From an uncultured Acidobacteriota bacterium (GTDB taxonomy: Bacteria > Acidobacteriota > Vicinamibacteria > Fen-336), in contig CAVPGH010000002.1 of the NCBI GenBank assembly GCA_963703985.1, positions 44,191 to 108,190 on the forward strand: a DNA stretch of 64,000 nt, written 5' to 3'. The position numbers and the translations under genes are program-made. Below the pieces are notes generated by a model that had not been told where the DNA came from, searched no databases, and worked only from the letters and a program-made list of their open reading frames with translations. Positions 1 through 10,308 of this stretch are shown piece after piece (within the stretch, counting starts at the first letter, position 1; each line of letters opens with the position of its first letter).

Positions 1-262
1 CGCCCCCACGAGGGTGGCGGCCGCGCCCAGGGACACGAAGACGGTGGAGAAGCCCAGGACGAAGGCGAGTCCGGTGAGGAAGACGCGCCGGGTGAGGGCG
101 GGCGGCGGCTCCTGGCCCTTGAGCTGGGCGACGTTCACGCCGCTGATGAAGGACAGGTAGCCCGGGGACGATGGGCAGGACGCAGGGAGACAAGAAGGAG
201 ACGAGCCCGGCCAGGAACGCGGCCAGGATGGAGACGGACTCGGCGGCGACCGAGGGGCCCAT
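1..262 (-). CDS. ccdA: Cytochrome c biogenesis protein CcdA (5' part; runs off the window; one frameshift near 160)
   Basis: Manual translation from ATG 262: MGPSVAAESVSILAAFLAGLVSFLSPCVLPIVPG/YLSFISG...LAFVLGFSTVFVSLG, the CcdA/DsbD 'SFLSPCVLP' motif. Confidence 0.85.
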   Translation of the reverse strand, partial: MGPSVAAESVSILAAFLAGLVSFLSPCVLPIVPGLPVLHQRRERRPAQGPGAAARPHPARLPHRTRLRPGLLHRLRVPGRGRHPRGG

Positions 263-272
263 GGCTCCGAGC

Positions 273-1636
273 CTAGCGAACCTTCTCGAGCATGAGGTTG
301 TCGCAGGCCTTGCGGCCGGTCTTGGCCAGGTCGTACCACTTCCCGTCGATCCGCACCCGCACCACGTCCGCGGTGAAGTCGTTGTTGGTGCCGCAGACGT
401 CGCAGGAGGAGAGGAGCCAGGAGCCGACGCCGTAGACGTCGGCGGGGACGCGCAGGTCCTCGAACTGCCGGATCCTGGCCGGGGTGAAGCCCCCGGTCAC
501 CACGATCCTCACGTCGCGGCAGTACTGCTCGGCGAGCGCGGGCGTCCTCGCCGCGAGAGCGCCCAGCTCTGCCACTCCCGGTCGATGGCCTCGCGCATCG
601 GGAAGACGAGGCGCGGGTTGACGCCGCAGTCGAGCCGCTTGTCCCCGAGGGGCGGAACGGAGACGTCGCGCAGGTTGGAGGAGGTGTCGGGCCGCACGCC
701 GAAGAGCTTGTACTTGCCCGCCTCCTCCGTGCGCCCGGCCTTCAGGAGCTCCAGGTAGCGACGGAACATGGTGCGGATCACCTGCAGCGAGGTCCCGACG
801 CAGTCGTTCCGGAAGTCGACGAGGGCGATCCGCGGGATGTCCGGGGGCCGGGTGGCGGCGAAGGCCATGGTGGCCTCCGCGGTGTCGCCCAGGAAGCAGG
901 CGATCGCCCCGTGGGCCACGGTTCCGCCCCCCGCGCCCGCCCCACCAGTCGCCCTGGGCGTCGGTGGAGACGAAGGCGGACAGGCTCTTGCCGTAGTTCT
1001 GGTTGAAGAGCTGAACCGCGACCTGGTACGCGTAGCCGTCGGCCGCCTGCACCTCGTGGGCGTCGAAGCGCGCGGGGAAGAAGAGCACCTGCTTGCCGCG
1101 GGCCGCCTTCAGCACCTCGTAGACGTTGGTGGCGACCCGGCTGCCCGCGGGTGAGCGCGCCCAGGGTCGGGCGTCTCGAGGATCGCGAAGTCGCGGTAGC
1201 GGCCGCGCACGCGCATGACCGGGGTGACGTTCATGACGTCGCCCTCGAAGGCGGCCTCGCTGCCGTCGTGGACCGCCCACACCTCCATCCGGTCGAAGGT
1301 GTTCACGAAGCGCCCCGGCGTCGTCGAAGTAGCCCGTGCACTCCTGGAGCATGGCCAGGGCCTTGTCCACGCCCACCACCACGCAGGAGGGCCGCCGGCG
1401 CGGGAACCACTGCATCTCGACCTCGATGGAGCCCACGTCCACGTTGCGGAGGTCGACGTCGAGGTCGGAGAGGTCGGGGGCGCGTGCCCGCCGAAGCGGT
1501 AGCCCTGGCGCGCCAGCTCGGCCAGGGTGCGCGCGATGTTGATGAAGTACTTGTCGGAGTACCAGCCCTGGCGCATCCGCTCCACGTCCAGCTTGAAGAC
1601 GGAGGGCGGCAGGCGGCGCCGGTCGAACAGGGTCAC
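273..1636 (-). CDS. Nicotinate phosphoribosyltransferase family protein (several frameshifts)
   Basis: Pieces across frames: GWYSDKYF, RVATNVYEV, LFFPARFDAH...DGYA, VAHGAIACF, IALVDFRNDC, GVRPDTS, IVVTGGF, YGVGS, FTADVV...AKTGR. Confidence 0.8.
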
Positions 1637-1730
1637 CCGCCCATTATGTGCCGGCTCGGGTGGCCATTGACACGGAGAGGGGCACGCGGGCATCGTTGTG
1701 CTTGCCGCCATCGTTATTGAGAGAGGACGC

Positions 1731-3585
1731 ATGACCGCAAGCGGGACCTCCCGCCTCCGGGTAACGCTGCCCCCGCTCGTGCTCCTGGCGCTCGCTCTCC
1801 TCCGGCCGGCTCCGACCCTGCGGGCGGCCGCGCGCCAGGCCGATGATCGGGTCCCCATCCTCATCGACGGCGGCGTATCGCCGCCCCTGCGGGACATCCC
1901 GCTCCGGCCCGCTGCGCCCGCGCGGGGCAATCCGGCCCTCAACTTCGCCGGTTTGGGGAACGGCGACTACGGCTTCGTGCCCGCGGGAGTTCCCGCCCAC
2001 GCCAACGGCGCCGTCGGAGCGACGCAGTACGTGCAGTACGCAAATGACTCCTTCGCGATCTTCGACAAGACGACGGGCGTCCTGCTCTTCGGCCCCGCAT
2101 CGCCCGCCACGCTCTGGACCACGCTTGCCAGCTGCACCATCAATCCCGGGCCGCTGACGGTGCGTCACGATACGGGAGCGAATCGATGGGTCGCGCTGCA
2201 AACGGCTCGAAATGGCAGTGCCTGGCTGTGTCTCGCCGTGTCCACGACGTCCGACGCCAGCGGCAGTTGGCGGAGCTACGCGGTCGGCAAGCCCGGCGCG
2301 ACCTTCGTCTCGGCCCGGCTCGGGATCTGGCCCGACGCATACTACGTCGCCGCCGACGTGCTCGGGTTGCTGCCTTTCGAGGACGCCTTCGTGTGCGCCA
2401 TCGAGCGAGGCCCCTTGCTGGGAGTCCTCATCCCGAGGGCAACCTGTGCCCTCCCCGTGCCCGTCGGTCACGGAGGATTCACACCCTCGAACCTCGAGGG
2501 ATCCGCGCCCCCTCCCGCGGGGTCCTCCAATCATTTGCTGACGTTGGGCAACGACTCCCTCAACCTATGGGAGTTCCATGTCAACTTCACCGGACCCTCC
2601 TCCTCAATCACCGGGCCCACGCCAGTTGCCGTCGCTCCTTTCGCTCGGGCGTGCGCGGGCGCACCCTGCATTCCCCAGCCGGGCACGGCGCAGCTCCTGG
2701 ACTCACATGGCGATCGGCTCATGGATCGCGTCGCCTACCGAAACTTCGGGGACCACGAGTCGCTGCTCGTCAACCACTCGGTGGACGGGGGCGGGGTCAC
2801 GGGGATCCGCTGGTACGAGATCCGGGATCCGGGCGGTGTGCCCACCGTGCACCAGCAGGGAACGTACTCACCCGACTCGAGCCATCGCTGGATCGGCAGT
2901 GTCGCGATGGACCGCTCGGGGGACATCGCGCTCGGCTACAGCGTGTCGAGCAGCAGCGTGTATCCCTCCATTCGATATGCGGGGCGGACGCCGTCCGATC
3001 GCCCCAGGGACGCTGCAGGCGGAAACGAGTGTCATCGAGGGCAGCGGCTCCCAATTGACCGAGAGCGGCTGGGGCAGCCTGAGTTCGCTCGCCCTCGATC
3101 CGGTGGACGACTGCACCTTCTACTACACGAACGCGTACCTGATGAGCAGCGGAACCTCCAACTGGAGCACGCGGATCGGGTCCTTCCGATTCCCCGGTTG
3201 CGGGGCGACCCGCTTCCATACCGTCACTCCGTGCCGCCTTGCGGACACCCGCGGCGCGGCCGGCCCTTCGGGAGGCCCTGCGCTGGGCCCGGGTACCGTC
3301 CGGAGCTTCCCGGTGACCGGTCTTTGCACTATCCCCAACGATGCCCGCGCGGTCTCGGTCAACGTGACCGCGGTCCAGACCGTGGGCGTGGGCTACCTGA
3401 CGCTCTACGCGGGCGACGCCGTCGCCGCGCCGTTCGTCAGCACCGTCAACTTTTCCGCCGGACAGACGCGGGGCAACAACTCCGTGGTGGCCCTCGCCGC
3501 GGACGGGAGCGGCACGATCAAGGTCAGGAATGGCTCGGCGAGTGCCGTGGGCCTCGTGCTGGACGTGAGCGGCTACTTCAAGTAG
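1731..3585 (+). CDS. Secreted beta-rich hypothetical protein with C-terminal 'PCRxxDTR' module (frameshift near 3000)
   Basis: Signal-peptide-like N-terminus in ORF 1698..3674. Coding frame passes at YAGRTPSD into ORF 2578..3585 (PGTLQAE...LDPVDDCTFYYTN...TVTPCRLADTRG...LVLDVSGYFK). Confidence 0.7.
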
Positions 3586-3660
3586 ACGAGGCGGATGGCC
3601 TCGCCCCTTGGGCACCTTTGAGGGCGAATGGCCGTATGGTCTACTTGACGGCGCGCGCTG

Positions 3661-5043
3661 ATGGACACGCCTAGAGCCACAAGCAGCGAGGCGGACCTCT
3701 ATCGCAGGAAGGAGTGGATCACCACCCTCGCCCGCGGGCTCTCCGCTGGTCTCGCTCTCCTCGCGCTCGCGCTGCTGTGGACGAGCCCGCGCACCCGGCC
3801 TCTCCCCGCCAGTCTCACCGGCATCACCTGGATCGCCTTCTTCTTCGCGGTCCGCTTCCTGAGGCGCCGCCATCCGGAGCGGAGTCGCAGCCTCAAGATC
3901 GCCCACGACGTCGTGGACGCGCTCGCGGTCGGCGCCGGGTCCTATTACTCGGGGGGGCTGCTGAGCCCGATCTGGCTGCTCCTCTACGCCCACGTGGTGG
4001 CGGTGTCGGTGAGGGGCGGGCTCCGCTACGCCATGGCCATGGGCTCGGTCGACGCCCTGATCGTTCTCGGGCTCGCCGCCATCACCCCCGAGAGTCCGGA
4101 GGGGGCCCTCCACGCCGTCGGCCTGCTCTTCTGCGCCTTCATGGGCGGGACCACCAGCTCCTACCTGCACGAGATCCAGGCCCGTCTCCACGAGACGAAC
4201 CGCGAGCTCCAGGGCAAGAACGTGGAGCTTCTCGACACCGCGGCCCGCGCCCGGGACATGGAGACCGAGGCCCGCGCCCACTTGAGCCGTGCGCGCGAGG
4301 CCAACGAGCGCCTGGAGCACCTCGACCGGCTCCGCAACCAGTACCTGCGCAACGTGAGCCACGAGTTCCGCACGCCCCTCACCGTGATCCGGGGCTACGG
4401 CGAGCACCTCATGACCGAGGGCTCTCCCCCCGACGGGTCGATCTCCGAGGTCATGCGCGTGATCGTGGAGAGCTGCGACCAGATCATCGACATGGTCGAC
4501 ACCCTCATCGAGGTGAGCCGGATCGAGGAGGAAGGCGCGCGCAGCCTCGCCCTCCAGAGCGTCGACCTGCGGGACGTGGCCGCGGCCTCCGTCGACCCCC
4601 TGCGCCTGCGCGCGGCCAAGAAGGGCATCGAGCTCGAGCTGGAGTTCCCCCCGGAGCCGGTGCGGGTGCACGGCGACCCCACCCTCCTCGACCACCTGGT
4701 GCGCAAGCTCGTCGACAACGCGCTCAAGTACAGCGACGCCGGCGGCCGGGTGGTGGTGCGCGGACGCTCCGAGGGGCCCTTCGGGACGCTCGAGGTGCAG
4801 GACACGGGAGTGGGCATCCCTCCCGAGCACATCCCGCGGATCTTCGAGAAGTTCTACATGGTCGACGGGGGGCTGACCCGCCGCCGTCGGGGCGCCGGGG
4901 TGGGCCTCTACCTCGCCCGCGAGATCGTGCGCCTCCACCACGGCTCGATCGACGTGGAGAGCCGCCCCGGCGAAGGCAGCGTGTTCCGCGTGCGCCTGCC
5001 CGGTCCTCTCGTGGCCGGCCCCATCCCGGACGCGCGCGCGTGA
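3661..5043 (+). CDS. Membrane sensor histidine kinase (HisKA + HATPase_c)
   Basis: About 5-6 TM helices, coiled coil, NVSHEFRTPL H-box, LVDNALKY, DTGVGI, GAGVGL. Confidence 0.95.
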   Translation: MDTPRATSSEADLYRRKEWITTLARGLSAGLALLALALLWTSPRTRPLPASLTGITWIAFFFAVRFLRRRHPERSRSLKIAHDVVDALAVGAGSYYSGGLLSPIWLLLYAHVVAVSVRGGLRYAMAMGSVDALIVLGLAAITPESPEGALHAVGLLFCAFMGGTTSSYLHEIQARLHETNRELQGKNVELLDTAARARDMETEARAHLSRAREANERLEHLDRLRNQYLRNVSHEFRTPLTVIRGYGEHLMTEGSPPDGSISEVMRVIVESCDQIIDMVDTLIEVSRIEEEGARSLALQSVDLRDVAAASVDPLRLRAAKKGIELELEFPPEPVRVHGDPTLLDHLVRKLVDNALKYSDAGGRVVVRGRSEGPFGTLEVQDTGVGIPPEHIPRIFEKFYMVDGGLTRRRRGAGVGLYLAREIVRLHHGSIDVESRPGEGSVFRVRLPGPLVAGPIPDARA

Positions 5044-7619
5044 GGCCACGCCCCCGCCTGTTCCCCGGGTTCCTCTCCGTGCTCCTGTGGCTCGGGGGAG
5101 GGGCTTCGCCCGCTTCGGCGCAGGATCTGGACGCCGTGCTCGACCGGCTGGAGGCGGCGTGGCAGGCCCGCGATACGGCGGCCTACCTCGCTCTCTGGGA
5201 CGTGAGCGCGGAGGAGCAGGAGGCGCAGGCGGAGGTGGCCCGGTCCTTCTTCGGCGGCGACGAGACCCGGATCAACCTCAAGCGGCCCACGCCCCCCCCG
5301 GGGGCCACGACCGTGCAAGTCCATGCCGAGGTCTTCTTCGCCAAGGAGCCGCGCGGGCTGGTGGCGGACTGGCGGTTCGAGCTCGCCCGGCGCGGCCGCG
5401 GGTGGGTGATTGTCGCCCGGGACGAGCTGGGAGCGGTGGACGGCCTCGTCCATCTCTCCCTCGATCCCGCGGGCTTCCGGGCGGACGGACTCGCGATCAC
5501 GCTGGAGGACTTCGAGCTGAAGTTCCATCGGGGAACCCTCTTCACCGCCCCCCCCAGCCTGGGCCCGACCCTCCTCGTCTTCGCGGGAGAAGGCGAGGTG
5601 CGCTTCCGGCCCCAGCCCGCGGCGGAGCGCGAGCAGCTCCGGCAGTTCTACGGGGCCGAAGAGCTGCGCGAGCGGGTGAGCGTGGCCTTCGTGCGGATCC
5701 ATCCGAGCGACCTCCACAGCGTGCTCTCCCCGGTACGATTCGACCCGGATCCGGATGCGGCCCGGCGCCTGCCCTCCGCCCAGCGCTTCTACCGGGAGCA
5801 GTCGCAGAAGACCTTCCTGCTCGACGCCAGCCTCCCCCGCTCACCCTGGTGGCTGATGCCGGGAGTGGGCGACGCGTCCGTGACCTTCGAGACGGGCAGA
5901 CGAGGCACGCTCACCTACAACCTCTCGAGCGGCGACGCGGAGGACGTGACCTTCTTCGATCGCCAGCGCCGCATCCAGATCTGCAGCTACCCCTCGGGAG
6001 GCCGCCCCGCGCGCTACAGCGAGGACGACGGGCGCACCATGGACATCGTCTCCCACGACCTGCGCGTCCGCTTCCAACCCGACGTCTTCGGCCTGTCCGG
6101 CGAGGATACCCTCCGCATCCGGCTCCTGAACGCCGTGTCCACCGTGCGCCTGCGCCTGCACGACTCCCTCCGTGTGCTCTCCGTGACTTCGCCGGAGGGA
6201 GGGAACCACCTCTTCTTCCGCGTGCGCGACCAGAACAGCCTCGTCGTCGCCCTGGGCCCGCTCTCGGGACGCGTGGGAGACATCACGCTCCGCGTTCGCT
6301 ACGCGGGCTCGCACGACCCCGCCCCCATCGAGCAGGAGGGTCTCCAGGTCGTGGTCCCCCCCATCGCCGCGTCACAGGACGACGAGCCCTTCGTGGAGCG
6401 CGTCCCCGTCTATACCAACCGCACGGCCTGGTACCCGCGCGGCGACAACGACGACTACGCCCGGGCGCGCCTGCGCCTGGAGGGCCCGCCCGGCGTGCTC
6501 GTGGTCTCGGGAGGCGAGCTCGTCGCCTCCGGCACCACCGAGCGGGGGACGTTCGCCGAGTATCGTCTCGAGCAGCCGGCAAAGTACCTGACCGCGGCGG
6601 TCGGGCGCTTCGTGGACCTCGGCCTGCGGCAGGAGGGCGACCTCGCGCTCCGGGGCTTCGGCCTCCCGCGCACCCGCGGCGCCGCTCAGGACCTGATGCT
6701 CAGCGCGGAGGCGGTCCTCGCGTTTTTCCGCGGGCGTTTCGGACCGTGTCCCTACCCCTTCCTCAACCTGGCCGTCACCGAGTGGCGCACGCCGGGAGGT
6801 CACAGCCCCCCCGGCCTCATCCTCATCCAGCTCCGTCCCGCCTTGCTGGCCAACCGGACCCTGCCCGAGGACCCCGCGAACTTCAGCGACGTCCCGGGCT
6901 TCTTCCTTGCCCACGAGCTCTCGCACCAGTGGTGGGGGCAGGCGGTGGCCCCCGCCAACTATCGCGAGCGGTGGCTATCGGAAGGATGGGCGCAGTACGC
7001 GGCCGCGCTCTGGGTACGGGAGAGCCGGGGGGAGGCCGCCTTCCGGGCGGTGCTCGACCGCTTCGCGCGCTGGGCGTGGCGCTACACGGCTACGGGCCCC
7101 ATCCACCTGGGCCACCGGCTCGGGCACGTCAAGGGGGACGCCCAGATCTTCCGGTCCATCGTCTACGACAAGGGAGCCTACGTACTGCACATGCTGCGCG
7201 CGATCGTCGGCGACGACGCGTTCTTTCGCGGCGCGCGCGAGTTCCAGCATCGATTCCTGTTCGCGAAGGCGGGCACGGACGACCTGCGCGAGGCGCTGGA
7301 GGCAGCGAGCGGACAGGATCTGCGGCCCTACTTCGAAGAGTGGATCTACGGCACCAGCCTTCCCCGCCTCCGGTATGCCTGGCGGTCGGCAACCACGGCG
7401 TCCGGGTCCCGAACCACCGTGCGCATCGAGGCCCAGGATCTTCCCGGGCCCGTGCCCCTCGGCGTCACTCTCGTGACCGACGCCGGCCGGGACGCGCGGA
7501 CGGTGCTCCTCCCCGCGCGCGGAGGAAGCTTCACGTTCGATTCGCAGTCGGCGCTGCGGCGGGTCGAGCTGAACGCCGACCGGACCCTGCTCCTCCGCCT
7601 GGAGCGCGTGGGCTACTGA
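5040..7619 (+). CDS. Exported M1-family (gluzincin) metallopeptidase
   Basis: GTG overlaps the kinase stop (GTGA). Signal peptide; HELSH-x18-E (WLSEG); IVYDKGAYVLHMLR. Confidence 0.85.
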   Translation: MRPRPRLFPGFLSVLLWLGGGASPASAQDLDAVLDRLEAAWQARDTAAYLALWDVSAEEQEAQAEVARSFFGGDETRINLKRPTPPPGATTVQVHAEVFFAKEPRGLVADWRFELARRGRGWVIVARDELGAVDGLVHLSLDPAGFRADGLAITLEDFELKFHRGTLFTAPPSLGPTLLVFAGEGEVRFRPQPAAEREQLRQFYGAEELRERVSVAFVRIHPSDLHSVLSPVRFDPDPDAARRLPSAQRFYREQSQKTFLLDASLPRSPWWLMPGVGDASVTFETGRRGTLTYNLSSGDAEDVTFFDRQRRIQICSYPSGGRPARYSEDDGRTMDIVSHDLRVRFQPDVFGLSGEDTLRIRLLNAVSTVRLRLHDSLRVLSVTSPEGGNHLFFRVRDQNSLVVALGPLSGRVGDITLRVRYAGSHDPAPIEQEGLQVVVPPIAASQDDEPFVERVPVYTNRTAWYPRGDNDDYARARLRLEGPPGVLVVSGGELVASGTTERGTFAEYRLEQPAKYLTAAVGRFVDLGLRQEGDLALRGFGLPRTRGAAQDLMLSAEAVLAFFRGRFGPCPYPFLNLAVTEWRTPGGHSPPGLILIQLRPALLANRTLPEDPANFSDVPGFFLAHELSHQWWGQAVAPANYRERWLSEGWAQYAAALWVRESRGEAAFRAVLDRFARWAWRYTATGPIHLGHRLGHVKGDAQIFRSIVYDKGAYVLHMLRAIVGDDAFFRGAREFQHRFLFAKAGTDDLREALEAASGQDLRPYFEEWIYGTSLPRLRYAWRSATTASGSRTTVRIEAQDLPGPVPLGVTLVTDAGRDARTVLLPARGGSFTFDSQSALRRVELNADRTLLLRLERVGY

Positions 7620-7625
7620 GAGCGC

Positions 7626-8135
7626 CTACCGCCAGCCGTTGCGGCGGCCCTCCTCCGTCAGGCTCGCGATCTTCTGCTCGGCGGCGGTCTGCTGCTTCTG
7701 CGCGTCTTCGAGCTGGGTCTGCAAGCCGGCGCGGCGCGGGGTGAAGACGCCGCCGCTCGTGTCGTTCAGCGCACTCTGGATCTGGTTGACGAGGTCCCGG
7801 GCCGCCGCCGCCTCCTTGTTGGCGGCGTCCAGCCTCTTCCTCCAATCCGCCTGGGCCTCCGCCTTTTGCTCGTCCTCGGACTTCGGCTTCTTTGCCGAGG
7901 CCGCCCCGCCCTCGCCCGGCGAGGGGCTCGGCGCCGGGGTCCCGGTTTCCGTCCCCGGGCTGCTCACCGTTCCGCCGCCGGTCCGCAGGTCGTCGTCGGT
8001 GATGACCTTGGTCGGCGGAACGGTCTTCCTTCTCGCCTTCTCCTTGGCCGCGGCATCGCTCAGGCTCTGGGCCGGGCTCGCCGCCGCCACGAGCAGAAAC
8101 GCCGCCGTGAGGGCTGCGCCGTACGGTAAGCGCAT
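7626..8135 (-). CDS. Secreted coiled-coil hypothetical protein
   Basis: Signal peptide, QSLSDAAAKEKARRK...KVITDDDL, helical C-terminus; AGGAGG RBS at 8141-8146. Confidence 0.8.
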   Translation of the reverse strand: MRLPYGAALTAAFLLVAAASPAQSLSDAAAKEKARRKTVPPTKVITDDDLRTGGGTVSSPGTETGTPAPSPSPGEGGAASAKKPKSEDEQKAEAQADWRKRLDAANKEAAAARDLVNQIQSALNDTSGGVFTPRRAGLQTQLEDAQKQQTAAEQKIASLTEEGRRNGWR

Positions 8136-8140
8136 AGGGA

Positions 8141-8170
8141 CCTCCTAACTCAAGACCAACAAGGATTATA
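8141..8170 (-). promoter_or_regulatory. Sigma70-type -10 box (TATAAT, 8170-8165) and RBS for 7626..8135
   Basis: Perfect TATAAT in a short AT-rich intergenic gap, followed by AGGAGG. Confidence 0.55.
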
Positions 8171-8175
8171 AGCCG

Positions 8176-9816
8176 TCAGCTCAGCGCCCCGAGGATTTTC
8201 TGCAACTCGAGGGCCCGCCGGTTCCCGGGATCGAGGGCCAGGGCCTGTTCCACGGCCTGGCGCGCCTTGCCGTGGTCGTTTCCCACGAAGTGGCGGAGGG
8301 CGGCCGAGGTGAGGGACTCCACTTGTCGCCGGTCGGGGGCCGGCTCCGTCGCGGCCGGGAGGGGGGGCAGCGCGGCCCCCCCCTCGTCCGCGAAGGGGGT
8401 GCCGGATGGGGGAGCCATCTCCACCTCGTCCCCCTCCGCAGCGTCGGCCTCGGGGGCGTCGGAGACCGAAGGGTTGGTGGGCACCAGCTCGTCGAGGACT
8501 CTCTGGGCGGCGGGGAAGCCGGGAAGCAGGCTCAGCGCTTCCTCGGCGGCCGACCGGGCCTCCTCGATCCGGTCGTAGTTCAGGGCCTGGCGCGCGGTCG
8601 CCACCAGGCGGTCGACGGTCTGGCGGGCCGCCACCTCGTCCAGGTAGACCTGGAGCTGGAGATAGCGCGGGCTCCAGGGGGCCACGCGCTCGACCTTCTC
8701 CGCGATCTTGGTGGCGAGCTCGGTGTCCCCGTCGGCGGCATAGGAAAGGGCCAGTCCCACGAGCTGCTCCACCTCGCGGTCCTGCACGACGGCCTCGATC
8801 TCCCGGGCCGCCTTTCGCGCGGCCTCGTCCTCGGGGTCCAGCTCCAGCAGGCGCCGGCAGATGTCCAGCCCGCGTTGCATGTGATCCTCGGAGCGGGCCC
8901 GGAAAAGCTCGGTCAGCAGCTGCTCCCGCTCCGCCGCCTCTGCCGCCGGCTTCTCTGCCTTCTCGGGAGCGGGAGCGTCCGCCTCCGAGGCCGTTCGGAT
9001 GCGGGGCACCGTGTCGCGGACGAGCGCCACGAGCTCGGCGTGGAGCGCCTCGAAGGAAGCCGGACGGTCGTGGGGATCGCGGGCCGTCGCCCGGAGGACG
9101 ATCTCCTCCAGGCCCGGCGAGAAGGCGGTATAAGGGAGGGCCGAGGGATCGGGTCGCCCGCGGGTGATGTTCAGGAGGACGGTCGTGAGGTCGTCCCCGG
9201 GGAAGGCGCGCCGGCGGGCGAGGAGCTCGTAGACGATTGCGGCCGCCGAGAAGAGGTCGGCGCGCGGATCGGCCTTGCGTCCTTCCACCTGCTCGGGCGC
9301 GCGATAGTGCACCCCCCCCACCGCGGGCCCGCTCCCCGAGCGCTCGAGCGACTTGAGGTGCTGCACCCCGAAGTCTACGAGCTTGACCTCGCCGGCCGGC
9401 GTCACCCGCACGTCCGCGGGCTTGAGGTCCAGGTGCAGGAGATGGTTGCGGTGGGCGTAGGCCAGCCCCTCGCACATCTGCCGCCACAGGTCGAGCACCC
9501 ATTCCACCGGGAAGGGCTTCTTCGAGCGCAGCACCTGCCCGAGGTCGACGCCCTCGATGCATTCCATGATCACGAGGGGGTGCCCCTCGTGCTCCCCCAC
9601 CCCCAGCACCCCCGCGATGTTGGGATGGTGCAGCGACGCCGCCATCTGGGCGTCGCGGAGAAGCCGCGTCTTGAGCGCAGGCGTCTTGTTCGTGACCCCC
9701 GTGAAGACCTTCACGGCGGCCACGGTGCCGCGCATCGGGTCGTATCCCTCGTAGACGACGCCGGTCACGCCACGCCCGAGGGTCTTTCGGATCTGGAACG
9801 CGCCGATCGTCTCCAC
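8176..9816 (-). CDS. Hanks-type Ser/Thr kinase-like protein (divergent catalytic loop) with TPR-like C-terminus
   Basis: LGRGVTGVVY, AAVK, HLDLKPAD, DFG, YRAPE, DLFS; probable GTG start at 9816. Confidence 0.85.
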   Translation of the reverse strand: METIGAFQIRKTLGRGVTGVVYEGYDPMRGTVAAVKVFTGVTNKTPALKTRLLRDAQMAASLHHPNIAGVLGVGEHEGHPLVIMECIEGVDLGQVLRSKKPFPVEWVLDLWRQMCEGLAYAHRNHLLHLDLKPADVRVTPAGEVKLVDFGVQHLKSLERSGSGPAVGGVHYRAPEQVEGRKADPRADLFSAAAIVYELLARRRAFPGDDLTTVLLNITRGRPDPSALPYTAFSPGLEEIVLRATARDPHDRPASFEALHAELVALVRDTVPRIRTASEADAPAPEKAEKPAAEAAEREQLLTELFRARSEDHMQRGLDICRRLLELDPEDEAARKAAREIEAVVQDREVEQLVGLALSYAADGDTELATKIAEKVERVAPWSPRYLQLQVYLDEVAARQTVDRLVATARQALNYDRIEEARSAAEEALSLLPGFPAAQRVLDELVPTNPSVSDAPEADAAEGDEVEMAPPSGTPFADEGGAALPPLPAATEPAPDRRQVESLTSAALRHFVGNDHGKARQAVEQALALDPGNRRALELQKILGALS

Positions 9817-9933
9817 GCCAATATCCCTGAAAGCCCGGCCCGCAGGGGAACCCGGGGGGGTATTCTGGCCCGATCCGACCCCGGTGGCCAGCCGTGCTAT
9901 CGTCGCGCCCCGGGGGAGGCAGGGAGGAAGGCA

Positions 9934-10308
9934 TTGGTCGTCGGTCTCGGCGTCGACCTGGTCGAGACCTCCCGCGTCGAGAAGATCCTCGCCCGCTGGG
10001 GCGACCAGTTCCTGGCCAGGATCATGGCGCCGGCGGAGTCGCTCCGGCTGCCCCGGGATGCCGGCCGCGTCTTGGCCGTGGCCCTGGCGATCGCCGGCAA
10101 AGAGGCCGCGAGCAAGGCCCTGGGCACGGGATGGAGCCGGGGCGTGCGCTGGCGGGACGTCGTGGTCGACATCGCCGACCCTCCGGCCCTCCACCTCCTG
10201 GGAGGGGCGGCCGTGGTCGCTCGTCGGCTCGGCTCGAGCGGCCGGACCCGCGTCTCTCTCGAGATCCGGGGGGATCTGGCCGTGGGCGAGGTCTGGCTCC
10301 TCACGTGA
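9934..10308 (+). CDS. acpS: Holo-[acyl-carrier-protein] synthase
   Basis: TTG start; GLGVDLVE...AGKEAASKALGTG...W.DV motifs, 124 aa. Confidence 0.85.
   Translation: MVVGLGVDLVETSRVEKILARWGDQFLARIMAPAESLRLPRDAGRVLAVALAIAGKEAASKALGTGWSRGVRWRDVVVDIADPPALHLLGGAAVVARRLGSSGRTRVSLEIRGDLAVGEVWLLT

Noticed and set aside
3714-5039. N-terminal 442 aa of the 1301-aa ORF
   Set aside because: Arg/Pro-rich off-frame shadow of the histidine kinase; the peptidase starts at GTG 5040 with a signal peptide
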